Assembly (NCBI GenBank): GCA_030390025.1 | Contig: JASTWF010000369.1 | Location: 248,001-312,000 of the forward strand | DNA from: Squalus acanthias | Lineage: Eukaryota | DNA length: 64,000 nt | Reading direction: 5' to 3' | In this document: in pieces, positions 53,321-62,985 of the stretch | Numbering within the stretch: the stretch's first letter is position 1 | Layout of the letters: each line of letters begins with the position of its first letter | Program-made: the position numbers and the translations under genes | The notes under the pieces: generated by a model | The model's database searches: none | What the model was told of the DNA's origin: nothing | The model's input: only the letters and a program-made list of their open reading frames with translations

Positions 53321-54060
53321 TCAGTGGCCGCCACCCTGTTCCTTTACATACTGCAGGAACTTTTGATACATATCAATCGTCCCGGTCTTGCGCAATTAGC
53401 ACATACCGGTCGGTTTTGTTTGGGGGCCCTACATTATTTTGCCATATGACCCAACTTCCCAAATCTTTCAATATTGTTTGTTTTTCTAAGGGGCTAAAAG
53501 CTTGGTACTGGGCTGTGGGTTTTTGTACCAGTCCCCCTCTTTTTAAAGGGGCTGCCTTGACTACGTTTGGGTTCTTTTTCCCTTTCTCTAAGTTTTGGTC
53601 ATCACTGTCTTCCATGGAAGGGGCTGATGCATCATGGGCGTAAGGAGGTGGCATCTCGTCCTCATTTTCGGAGCCCTGGACTTTTACCAAGGCGCACAAA
53701 TGTGCCCGCCTTTCGTTCCATAGTTCCGTTTTGTCCAGCCAGTACCCATCAAGGACCGTCTGGCCTCCTTTGTATAATAATAACTCTTGTTCTAATTCCA
53801 GAATTATTTTATTTATCTTGCTAGTCTTGTGTGGAGTCGCTGCACCTTGTTCGTTAATGCGACTAATTGATTTACTAGTATTACCCTCGCCTTTTTCATC
53901 TTTTCTGGTTTTGACCCTCTACCACTCTCTTTTACCTTCGGATTCTGGAGCGGGTCCCACCCATCCTTCGTCATCTTATCAACTAAACCCGTCCGGTCGT
54001 CTGCATAGAAACTAGTAAGGGACCCCATTCGTCCCCATTCTATTTCTTCCCCGACGCCAT
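53321..54060 (-). pseudogene. gag: ERV gag relic, internally deleted
   Basis: Lies between PBS/leader and protease; PPPY late domain, YQAFSPLE..LKDL capsid-start-like motif; only ~740 bp; ends in TGA in frame with protease. Confidence 0.72.
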
Positions 54061-54530
54061 TTGTAGTCCAACTTACAGTCTTACCAAATGTTGAGTTCCT
54101 CTACTCGGGCTTGTTCTTGAAACTTTAAAGACCTTCAAGCGGTTAATTAGTCACAACACACATATATCTTTGCTGACTTCACGATCCCAGGGTGTTTTGC
54201 AGCCTCTACGCCTACTTGATCCTGGCCGTCACGTGGGACTACGTCCTCTTAATTCAGGCTCAGGCTAGATGTTTGAGACAGGCACCCTCCTCTTCCTTGT
54301 CGTTTCGTATCTCACTCATTCCTTCGTGACATTTATCGCTACACAGTGTTCCCTTTAGTACTTGTGATCCACACTCTCAAAACTGTGTTCTCCTACCTCT
54401 CACAGACTTTACTTGATTCGTGCTGCTACGGCACTGTCCCTCCGCCTTTCCAGGTGACTCAATTTTTGGATGGTCAAAATTGACTTCTTGTCTGGGTTCA
54501 CCGGTGCGGGCGGTCTTTCAGTTCCGGAGC

Positions 54531-54548
54531 ATCCTGCTGACTACGCCA
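54531..54548 (-). promoter_or_regulatory. Primer binding site, tRNA-Ser type
   Basis: Minus strand TGGCGTAGTCAGCAGGAT, 2 nt after the 5' LTR; complements the vertebrate tRNA-Ser 3' end (ATCCTGCCGACTACGCCA, from memory) with one difference. Confidence 0.88.
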
Positions 54549-54550
54549 AT

Positions 54551-55069
54551 TGTTGGTGAAAAATGAATTCACTCGAGTCTGTCTCAAAGCAGAAGATCAC
54601 AGTGTATTTAACAGAGCGTTCTTGGAGAAGAGTCATACACCCCGCGGTCTAGTGATTCACTTCTCGACCTTACTGTGATATCGGAACTTCTTTTATACAT
54701 TATGGGGTCGGATACGCAATTCAAAACATACAACTTACTGCACCCAATCACGTTCCCCCAGCAACAGACTTCTAAATATAAACTGCACTTTAAGCAAAAG
54801 AAAATGTAACTTCCCTATCGAAACTATAAACATCGAAATGTTGTGTCAGCTCTGTCTAGTCGGACTGGCTGGTCATGCGGTGATTGGTTCTCAAGTGTAA
54901 CCATTGTACCTCACGCATACGCATGTTGACCACAGACATTACTCATCGCACTGTGTCAGCGAAACCATTCTTTATTTACGAATTTAACTTAACTTTCACA
55001 TTGCTGCTTTAACATACATTCTTTAACTTTTACATTGTTGCTTTAAGCCCTATAATTTTTAGCCTAACA
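54551..55069 (-). repeat. ERV 5' LTR, 519 bp, uninterrupted
   Basis: TGTT...AACA termini; minus-strand TATAAAA at 54691-54697; adjacent to PBS; followed by the TSD. Confidence 0.95.
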
Positions 55070-55566
55070 ATAAGAAATAGGAGCAGGAATAGTCCACTTG
55101 GCCCCTCGAGCCTGCTCTGCCATTCAATAAGATCATGGCTGATGTTGGGCTCAAAGCCACTTCGCTGCCCGCTCCCCATAACTTTTCACTCCCTTATCAT
55201 GCAAAACTCTGTCTATCACCACCTTAAATGTATTTAATGAACCACCCTCCACGGCTCTCTGGGGCAGAGAATTCCACAGATGTACGACCCTCTGAGAGAA
55301 GAAATTCCTCCTCATCTCAGTTCTAAAAGGGCGACCCTTTATTCTGAAACTATGCCGCCGAGTTCTAGATTCCCCACGAGGGGAAACATCCTCCCTGCAT
55401 CGACCTTGTCGAGTCCCCTCAGTGGCTTATATGTTTAATAAGATCACCTCTAATTCTTCTAAATTCCAATGAGTTTAGGCCCAACCTGCTCAACCATTCT
55501 TCATAAGTCAACACCCTCATCTCAGGACTTAACCTAGTGAAGCGTCTCTTAACTGCCTCTAATGCA
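55070..55566 (-). mobile_element. 5'-truncated antisense CR1 (CR1-B): 3' UTR and ORF2 C-terminus
   Basis: Reverse complement is homologous to ~49580-50070 (RFTRL.P..., ...RNFFSQRVVHLWNSLPQRAVE; 3' UTR CAGCCATGATCTTATTGAATGGCAGAGCAGGCTCGAGGGGCC). Confidence 0.92.
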
Positions 55567-56233
55567 GTCCCTGAAGGTGGCGGGACATATTGAGAGAGTG
55601 GTTAGCAAAGCATATCGGATCTTGGGCGTCATAAATAGAGGTATTGAGTATAAAGTAGTGAAGTTATGCTAAACCTTTATAAAGCACTGGTTAGGCCACA
55701 ACTGGATCATTGCGTCCAGTTCTGGTCACCACACTTTAGGAAGGGTGCGAAGGCACTTGAGATGGTGCAGAGGAGATTTACCAGAATGCTTCTGGGGATG
55801 GGAGATCTTAGCTACAAGGACAGGTTGGAGAAGCTGGATTTGTTTTCATTCGAGCAAAGGAGGTTGCTGGGTGATTTGATAGAGGTGTACAAGATTATGA
55901 CGGGTTTGGATAGGCTAGACTGGGAAAGGCTGATCTCACTAGTTGATGGTACACAGGGGACACAGATTTAACTTTTTGGGCAAGAGATACAGGGGGGACG
56001 TGAGGAAAAGCTTATATACGCAGCGAGTGGTGAGGACCTGGAATTCGCTGCCGACAGAAGTGGACGCATTCAATGTTTTCAAGGGGAGACTGGATAGGCA
56101 CTTGAGGTAAATAAACTTGCAGGGCTACGGGGATAGAGCGGTGGAATGGGACTGATTGGATTTCTCTACAGAAAGCCGGCACTGAATCGATGGGCCGAAT
56201 GGCCTCCTTCTGCGCCTTTAACACTCTATGACT
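55567..56233 (+). mobile_element. CR1-A, second part: ORF2 C-terminus and 3' end
   Basis: Resumes as SLKVAG... after DLGVNVHK at 45228; ORF 55666-55971 MLNLYKALVRPQLDHCVQFWSP...; ends GGGCCGAATGGCCTCCTTCTG...CTCTATGACT; possible AGGAC duplication at 44647-51 / 56236-40. Confidence 0.92.
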
Positions 56234-56928
56234 CCAGGACACACTGTCTGTGTCTGAATTATCAGAAAAACCCATTGCCTGGGTATGAATTAACATAAAA
56301 ACCCACAGTCTGGCTCTGAATTATGAGAAACACCCACTGTCTGGCACTGAATTATCAGAAACACCCACTGTCTGGGCCTGAATTAACAGAAACACCCATT
56401 CTTTAGCTCAGAATTATCAGAAACGACTATCTGGATCTGAATATCAGAAACAATGACTTTCTGGGTCTGAATTTTCAGAAACACCCCCTGTCTCGGTCAG
56501 AATTATCAGAAACAATGATTGTCTGGAACTGAATTATAAGATACATCGATTGTCTGGGCGTGAAATATCAATCGGTCTCACTGTCTGGGTCTGACCGAGC
56601 AGAAGGGCCCGCTGTCTGTGTCTGAATTATCAGAAGGACAACTGTCTGTGTTTGAATTTTCAGAAGGGCCCACTGTGTGTATTTGAATTATGGGAAAAAC
56701 CCATTGCCTGGGTCTGCATTATCTTAAACACCCATTGGCTGGGTATGAATTAACATAAACACCCACTGCCTTGGTCTGAATTAACATAAACACCCACTGT
56801 CTATGTCTGAATTATCCGTAGGCCCCACAGACTTGGTGTGAAATGTCATAAACACCCATTGCCTGGATTTGAATTATTAGAATGTTCAACTGACTGGGTA
56901 AGATTTGTAATAAACACCTACTGTCTGC
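56234..56928. repeat. Terminal, more diverged segment of the 31-bp satellite
   Basis: Same monomer and orientation as 1-44651; degenerates and ends near 56928. Confidence 0.95.
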
Positions 56929-57912
56929 TCCCTGATCAGTAGGAACAAACACGGCTCGGCGTAATCTGTTTGTTCAAATGACTTTAACTGTTGCCAATTC
57001 TGCAATCCTCCTTTGTCACATGGGATTTCTCTCAACTCTTAATGTGATCTCATTTTGAAAGTAGAATATCTGTGTGTCCTTAACACTGACAGAGAGCGTC
57101 GCTTCTCTCCGAATATAGGACAGCCGGTAATAATCATACAGATAGAAAGATACTGCCGTTGTCTTGACAAACTTGGTGCTCAGAGTAAACCGCTTATAAT
57201 CAGTTAATATCCACCTTTAGCAGTATTTGACTGTATCACTGCTCCTGCTGTCGGTGTAATAATATTATCTGCTTGTTGTGACGCGGTTGATGTGCAGACA
57301 TTAATTACCGCCAGCAAATAAAGAACAATTAGAAAACTCAGTTTCCGACATATTCCTCATGTAATAACCGGACAATCAGTTCTGAAGTTTTAAATTAAAC
57401 AGTTTCTGGGGATTTTGTCTCATTTGTAGAAAGTCTTGTAATTTTCAGTCGGAGCCAAATATTAGCATCGCAGCTTGGTTCTGGTTGGTTAATATTATTG
57501 AGAAGTAGCAACTATCCATTAGGATAAGTTGCCGAGATCTGCCGGGAGAGACGGTCTGAACGGTCCAAGTTACGGCCGCCGATCGGAAGAACATCCAACC
57601 TCCGAAATTCTACCCAGTAAAGTATCGCTGGAGATAAACTCTGTGCTGCTTCTGCTTTCTTCCGCTTTAGTAAGACAAGGCAATAAATATATAAAAAATA
57701 ATAGACTTTACTCACCTTGTGGGCAGATCTTTATTTTAATTATTGTTATTCTGGGAAACTGAACGCAGGAAAAAATCCGCATCACACATCAAACCCTGAA
57801 CAAGCAAATGATAAATTGGAACTAATGTCTTAAATGTGTTCTGGGTTTAAAGGCAGCTAGTAATATATTTTGGTTTAAATAGTTGAGACACGACTCAATG
57901 AATCTACTGGAG

Positions 57913-58315
57913 AGTAATATTGGGCGTGGTGAAAAACCAGCGTTCCGGCGATTCCGTGGGATTCCCGCCCTGCCATTACGGTTAAAATTAGCGACAGAGG
58001 CTTTGGAATGACAAGATAAAGGGAGCAGGAATTTTCATAGAAATAACTGTCGATTGATCATCCTCTCAATATAAGGAGAGTTAGTAATGTCATTGCATCG
58101 TTTTTGCAGATAATTTAGTTACAATTGTAAATCTCTCCCGCGGAGGTTACGGCCTCTCCAAATGCAGCACGAGTTACCTGGTGACCATGGCTGCGGCGGG
58201 TCTACTGGTCCTGACATCGGATGTAATAGTATATGGGATTCAAGGTGCTTATTGTCCATATTCATTCTTGAATTATGCTCCCATTTGCTGTCTCAATCCC
58301 GCCCTAATTTTTACT
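57913..58315. mobile_element. Possible old ~400-bp MITE
   Basis: Degenerate inverted ends AGTAATATTGGGCG / CGCCCTAATTTTTACT; no TSD identified. Confidence 0.35.
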
Positions 58316-59594
58316 AGTGTTGGTTGTTGTGTCTGGTTAACTGTCACTTTGAACCTTTGACCGGGTTCGGCCATTTGTTGCCAAAAGTTGCCAACAATAT
58401 ATTGCAGTGAAAACACTGCGGCTGTGGTTATAGCAGCGGTCTGTTCCATGAGCGTTTCATAAAATATTGCAATCTACTTTGTATATTAACTTCCTGAAAT
58501 AATTGAGAAAGTAACATGTTCTTGCTATGTAATATAAAGCTTTTATAGCTTAAGTATATGGGGAAAATGTTGTGGTTGGAATCTATTTTAACCCCAATGG
58601 CTCCATTGGTTTTGATTTTACTGCTCAATGCTCTGCTCATCAGACTTATTGGCCCGTATTTTGCGACCCCCACGTGTGCGTACGAGGTGCGCACGCGCCC
58701 GGAGGGACCGCGCCAGACCCGGGTTTGGGAATGCGAAGCGCATGCGTAGAAACTCGGCACTTGCGATCTGTCAAGAATAATTTGACAGATCATCCGCATG
58801 CGCAGGAGAAGAAGTACTGCCGGCACAGATGTGCGAGAATTTGTCAACTACTGAATTGCAGCTGCGACAGATAAAAGCAGGCGTACAGCCTGCATTCTAT
58901 CTGAAAAAGCAGCAGGAAGAAGACCTGGAAAGCAGGGGGCTGGGAAACGGGGCTGTTTTAGCTGTGAAAGTGTACAAAGTTATTTGCACAAAGCCTGATG
59001 TTAGTTTTTAACGACTTTAATTTTGTTAATTATTTAATTGATTTTGGATCTTGTTTTGAGGAGTGCAGGTAATTTAAAGAGGGACTTTCGCTGTGGGCAA
59101 GGTAAGCATTCTATTCAATTAGATTTCATTTATTTTTAAATTTGAAAATGACTGTTTAAAAATGATTTATTTCACGTTTACTAATATTAAAATAATTATA
59201 CCAGAATATATGAATTATTTAAATGTTACATTTTTTTACACTGTTTACAGATTTTATGTGTGATTTTGTGAAAATATTAAAGTTCTTAGAAATTCATCTG
59301 GGGCGTTGATATTCATCAGGCGGGTATGACGGGTGCCCGATCCGATACCGCCCGTTTCCCACCACAGTCCGCCATGAATTTCTACCCACTCTCTATTAAA
59401 ATGACTTTTAGAACTATTTCCATGTTTTCCCTGTGGAAACTTCATCTGTTTAAAGTGGAAGCCTGTGAGGGACAAACATGCCTCTTGACGATGTTGCCCT
59501 AATCCTCGGTGTGATTCTGGAACATAGATGCGGAAACACCAGGGATCAACAAAGAAGATTAAAGAACCATCACCGTCGCCTGATCAGGAGGCCC

Positions 59595-59885
59595 GAGAGG
59601 ACAATCGGGGTTCTGAAATGAAGCTTCCGGTGCTTGGACAGGTCAGGGGGGACTTTGCTGTATTCTCCTATGAAAGTGTCAAGGATTGTGGTGGCCTGTT
59701 ACACTTTGCATAACGTTGCCCTGCGGGAAGGACTGACCCTTAACCCTGCAGAGGAGCTCCCTGCTGAAATGGTGGACATGGACGATGCCAATGTGCCTCT
59801 GGCCAGGACTGATGGGGAAGAGCCAAGTGCTGCCAAAAACAAAGCTGCCAGGGAACAGTTGGTAGCCAACACGTTCATGAGGTGA
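59595..59885 (+). pseudogene. Harbinger (HARBI1-like) transposase, C-terminal relic
   Basis: ERTIGVLK*SFRCLDRSGGTLLYSPMKVSRIVVACYTLHNVALREG...AAREQLVANTF: catalytic Glu region and C-x-x-L-H-N motif. Confidence 0.9.
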
Positions 59886-60299
59886 TGATAGTGTCGCCTT
59901 GTACCTCCCCGTCCCCCAGCAAGGCACAGTAAAAACACACTGAAACAGTGAACTTTTATTGCAGCATCAAAGACTTTTGATGTACTTTTTTGATGTTCTT
60001 AGTCTTTAAATACAAATTGTTAGCTAGCTATTTTCTACTTTGTAAACTTTTGCAAAAGATAAATTGATTGATAAAGAAATGTTAACAGTTAAAAAATGAC
60101 TTTTTGGGTTTGTTAGTGCAATAAAGACATTCAAGATGTAAACTAGCTATTTTCTACTTTTTTAAACAGTTGTAATGTTCAATTCGTTGTTAATGAAAAA
60201 AGTTTAAATGTTTTTAAACTGACTACAGGCTATACATATGAAACGAAATTTTTAAATACACTATCAGTCAAAATTATAAATTTCGAGGAATAACACACC

Positions 60300-62002
60300 A
60301 ACATTTAAATAATAGCAAACATTAAAGAATTGACAGATATGTCCCCTCGTATCTGTGCCTGAGGGTCGAAGGAGATGACTTTTGCTAAAGGTGGCACCCT
60401 ACTGTCTCCTGCGCTTTCCCCTTCCCCGTGACCGGAGCCCTCTCATGCCAAGTGAAAGATCCCTGTGTACCATCTCTTGCCCTTCAGCAGTTGGCTCGTG
60501 ACAGGGCTGCTGCTGCTGCTGAAAGGCAACATTTGCTTCCTACATAATTGGCGGAGATGCTGTCTTGTGGGCCTGCACTGTGTCTGCGCTGGGAGCAGTC
60601 AAGGGGGTTTCTGCGGGAGTCAAAATAAGGGCAGCAGAACCTGCTGTCTTTAACTGCAATAGTTGAATGAGAGACTCGTTCATCTGATTAAGCGCCAGAG
60701 TAATATTGGCGAGTTCTTTACCGACTATGTCCAACTTACCGCATATATTGCTGCCCATTATATTAATCCCCTGCCTGATAGAGGCAAGAGAGTCAAGTTT
60801 ATTCGCATGAAGAGTAACGATATCTTACCTCAACCCTTCAACATGTTTTACCTGAGTTTATATGGCATTTTGTTGCTTTAAACGTCTTGCTGCTTCTCCC
60901 ACCTGCTCTGCTGCATCAGGTTGGTGTCTGGCTGTGGAACGACAGTCATCTGTGCTTGGTACAGAGCCAGAGGTGCCAGGAGATGGAGAGGTGGTGTGCA
61001 GCTACGCACGGTCCATACCCTCCCCTTCCACTAGCTGACATTCCACAAATTCCTCCTCCTGCGCCTCACATACTACGCGCACTGCATCTGTAACCCCTTC
61101 CTCAATGCCCTCTGCAGCCGCAGACTCAACGCACTGTTCATCCCATGTGTGAGAAGACAGCTGTCCACCTGTGGGAAGGAAACAGTAAACATTTACAGAG
61201 GTGAAGCACTATCTGCCACATCACAGAAGCTGAGATTCAACACATACCTAACAGTTTTAAACATACAGCTGGACAGACCAACTCACCTCTCCTTACTCCA
61301 ATGTCTGATTGGGCACCAGGTACTGAACAGCCATGACTGATTCCAAGCAAGTGCGCGACCCTTTCCTCTTGCTCTGATAATGCCAAAAGAGTGGCAACAC
61401 CACCGCATGTCATGGCATGCTTTCTGGCGTTATGTACCATTTTACTCTGAATTAAAAACAGAAATAAAAATGAAACTTCAGTTTTTCCTGCAGAGACCAC
61501 CCACACACCTGCTTTGGAAACAGGACCAGATGCTGCTTTGGGGACAGGGTATTGTTCACTACTTGAAATTTCACACCTCAAATCTGTGGAGTACAGATAA
61601 GATGTTTACAAGCACAAGGGATGACCCTGACTTGCACCAAAGCCATAAACGTTTAAGGAAGTCACTTTACAACAGCTATGCAACTAAACATGTTTTAAAA
61701 TAGCAAGTTTAAATTTCAACAAATTTTACATTTTACATTTCTAATAACTGTACAAACCTCAGCAGATCGCATCAAATTGTTTGCGGCATTCTTCTGCTGT
61801 CCATGGAATGGTAGAGTTTGTGCTAACAGCCAGGGCAACTTCTTTTCAGGCTGTCATTTTGTCCTTTGCACGGCGCTCTGGACTTCTCGGTCCCAATGAT
61901 CCGCAGGTACTTCGCCTCAACCTCATTGAGGAGTTTGCTGATGTCATCGTCAGTGAAATTCTGAAATCTCTTCATCATCACAAGTGTGCTTGGTCCTTCC
62001 AT
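60300..62002 (-). pseudogene. Harbinger Myb/SANT-like DNA-binding gene, 3 exons (62002-61758, 61446-61287, 61168-~60300)
   Basis: Exon 1 MEGPS..KRFQNFTDDDISKLLNEVE../..KMTA*KEVALAVS..WTAEECRKQF (trihelix/Myb-like, frameshifted); exon 2 SKMVHNARKHAMTCGG..LSEQEERVAHLLG; exon 3 acidic then coiled-coil-like. GT-AG borders; exon 2/3 phases compatible. 3' end approximate. Confidence 0.85.
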
Positions 62003-62985
62003 TTCACTTTGCTGTTTAATTAAAATTAATGAAAATTATTACAAAGCTTTTAAAACTCTTTAAATTGCTTTAAATCTCATTCAAAGTCTTAAAAACTATT
62101 TAAAATTCTTCAAATCCATTTAAAAGTCTACAAAATTTTCTAAAAGTTTACTAATTTTATAAACTAGAAAGAAAGAAGTTACTATTAAGATTAACAGCTC
62201 CTTTCAATGGTGAAGGCTCTGGAGATGTAAAAAAAAAACAATCGGGGGCGTGGCCTATGCAAATATAAATGTTGACAGGTCTTGTGGGCGGGTCTCCCCT
62301 ACGAACGAAGCTCCAGGTTCCGCACACGGCATACGCTGCCAGGCTTCCTCAAGATGAAAGCGCATAAACTGCAGGTAGTTGCGGATCTTTTTTGCTGGTC
62401 GCAGGCAACCGTCCGCGGAAAGTCTACGATCGCAATTTCAGCGCCCGCGTAAACAATGAGGAGGATAGTAACAGTCTTCAGTAGGTCATAGAGGGGAGAA
62501 ATTCGTGTGTTTAGCCCCACACGTTAGCGCAACGAGATGGTGCTAAAATGCCATTCAGAGCTCTACAACCAGCTGTTGGCAGTTCCAGCATCGCACGCCA
62601 TATCCGTCTTCCTGGTAACACTGCCGGTAAACTCGATCGCCAGGGACATCACAATCATAGAGATCATGAAGTCAGTGAGTGTGCAACGCTCACTTGATGC
62701 CCGATCTCCCACCTTCGTTTTGACCATGGAACTTACCGACTGGAGAAAGCAATGACAGGTTGAGGTGGTGTGCAGCAGCAGGAAGCGATGCTATTTAAAG
62801 TGTTCATCACCACTCACTCGCACCTGACAGGGTTTTGCAGTTTGAGTGGTTGTGTGCTAATTCCTGCTACTGCAAGAGCTTTTATTAATTATTTCAAGGT
62901 TATTTGGTGTCAGGGAGTCTTCTGGCAAGTGCAAAAAACCCTCAATACTCTGAAACGCTTCAAACTACAACACTTGCGAAAAGTC

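Larger units (their letters stand above)
45246..55069 (-). mobile_element. Internally deleted endogenous retrovirus (class I-like, gamma-type env): LTR-PBS-gag-pro-int-env-LTR
   Basis: Paired TG...CA LTRs, 5-bp TSD ATAAG (45241-45245 and 55070-55074), PBS, and gag/protease/integrase/env relics in retroviral order on the minus strand. Confidence 0.95.
58651..62445. mobile_element. Decayed, internally deleted PIF/Harbinger transposon (convergent transposase relic and Myb/SANT-like gene); ends uncertain, possibly composite
   Basis: Left end ATT|GGCCCGTATTTTGCGA with subterminal similarity to the MITEs; candidate right end TCGCAATTTCAGCGCC (11/16 match); two-gene Harbinger content inside. Confidence 0.75.

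Noticed and set aside
54531..54548. tRNA-Ser gene
   Set aside because: Only the 18-nt 3' end including CCA, adjacent to an LTR; this is a PBS.
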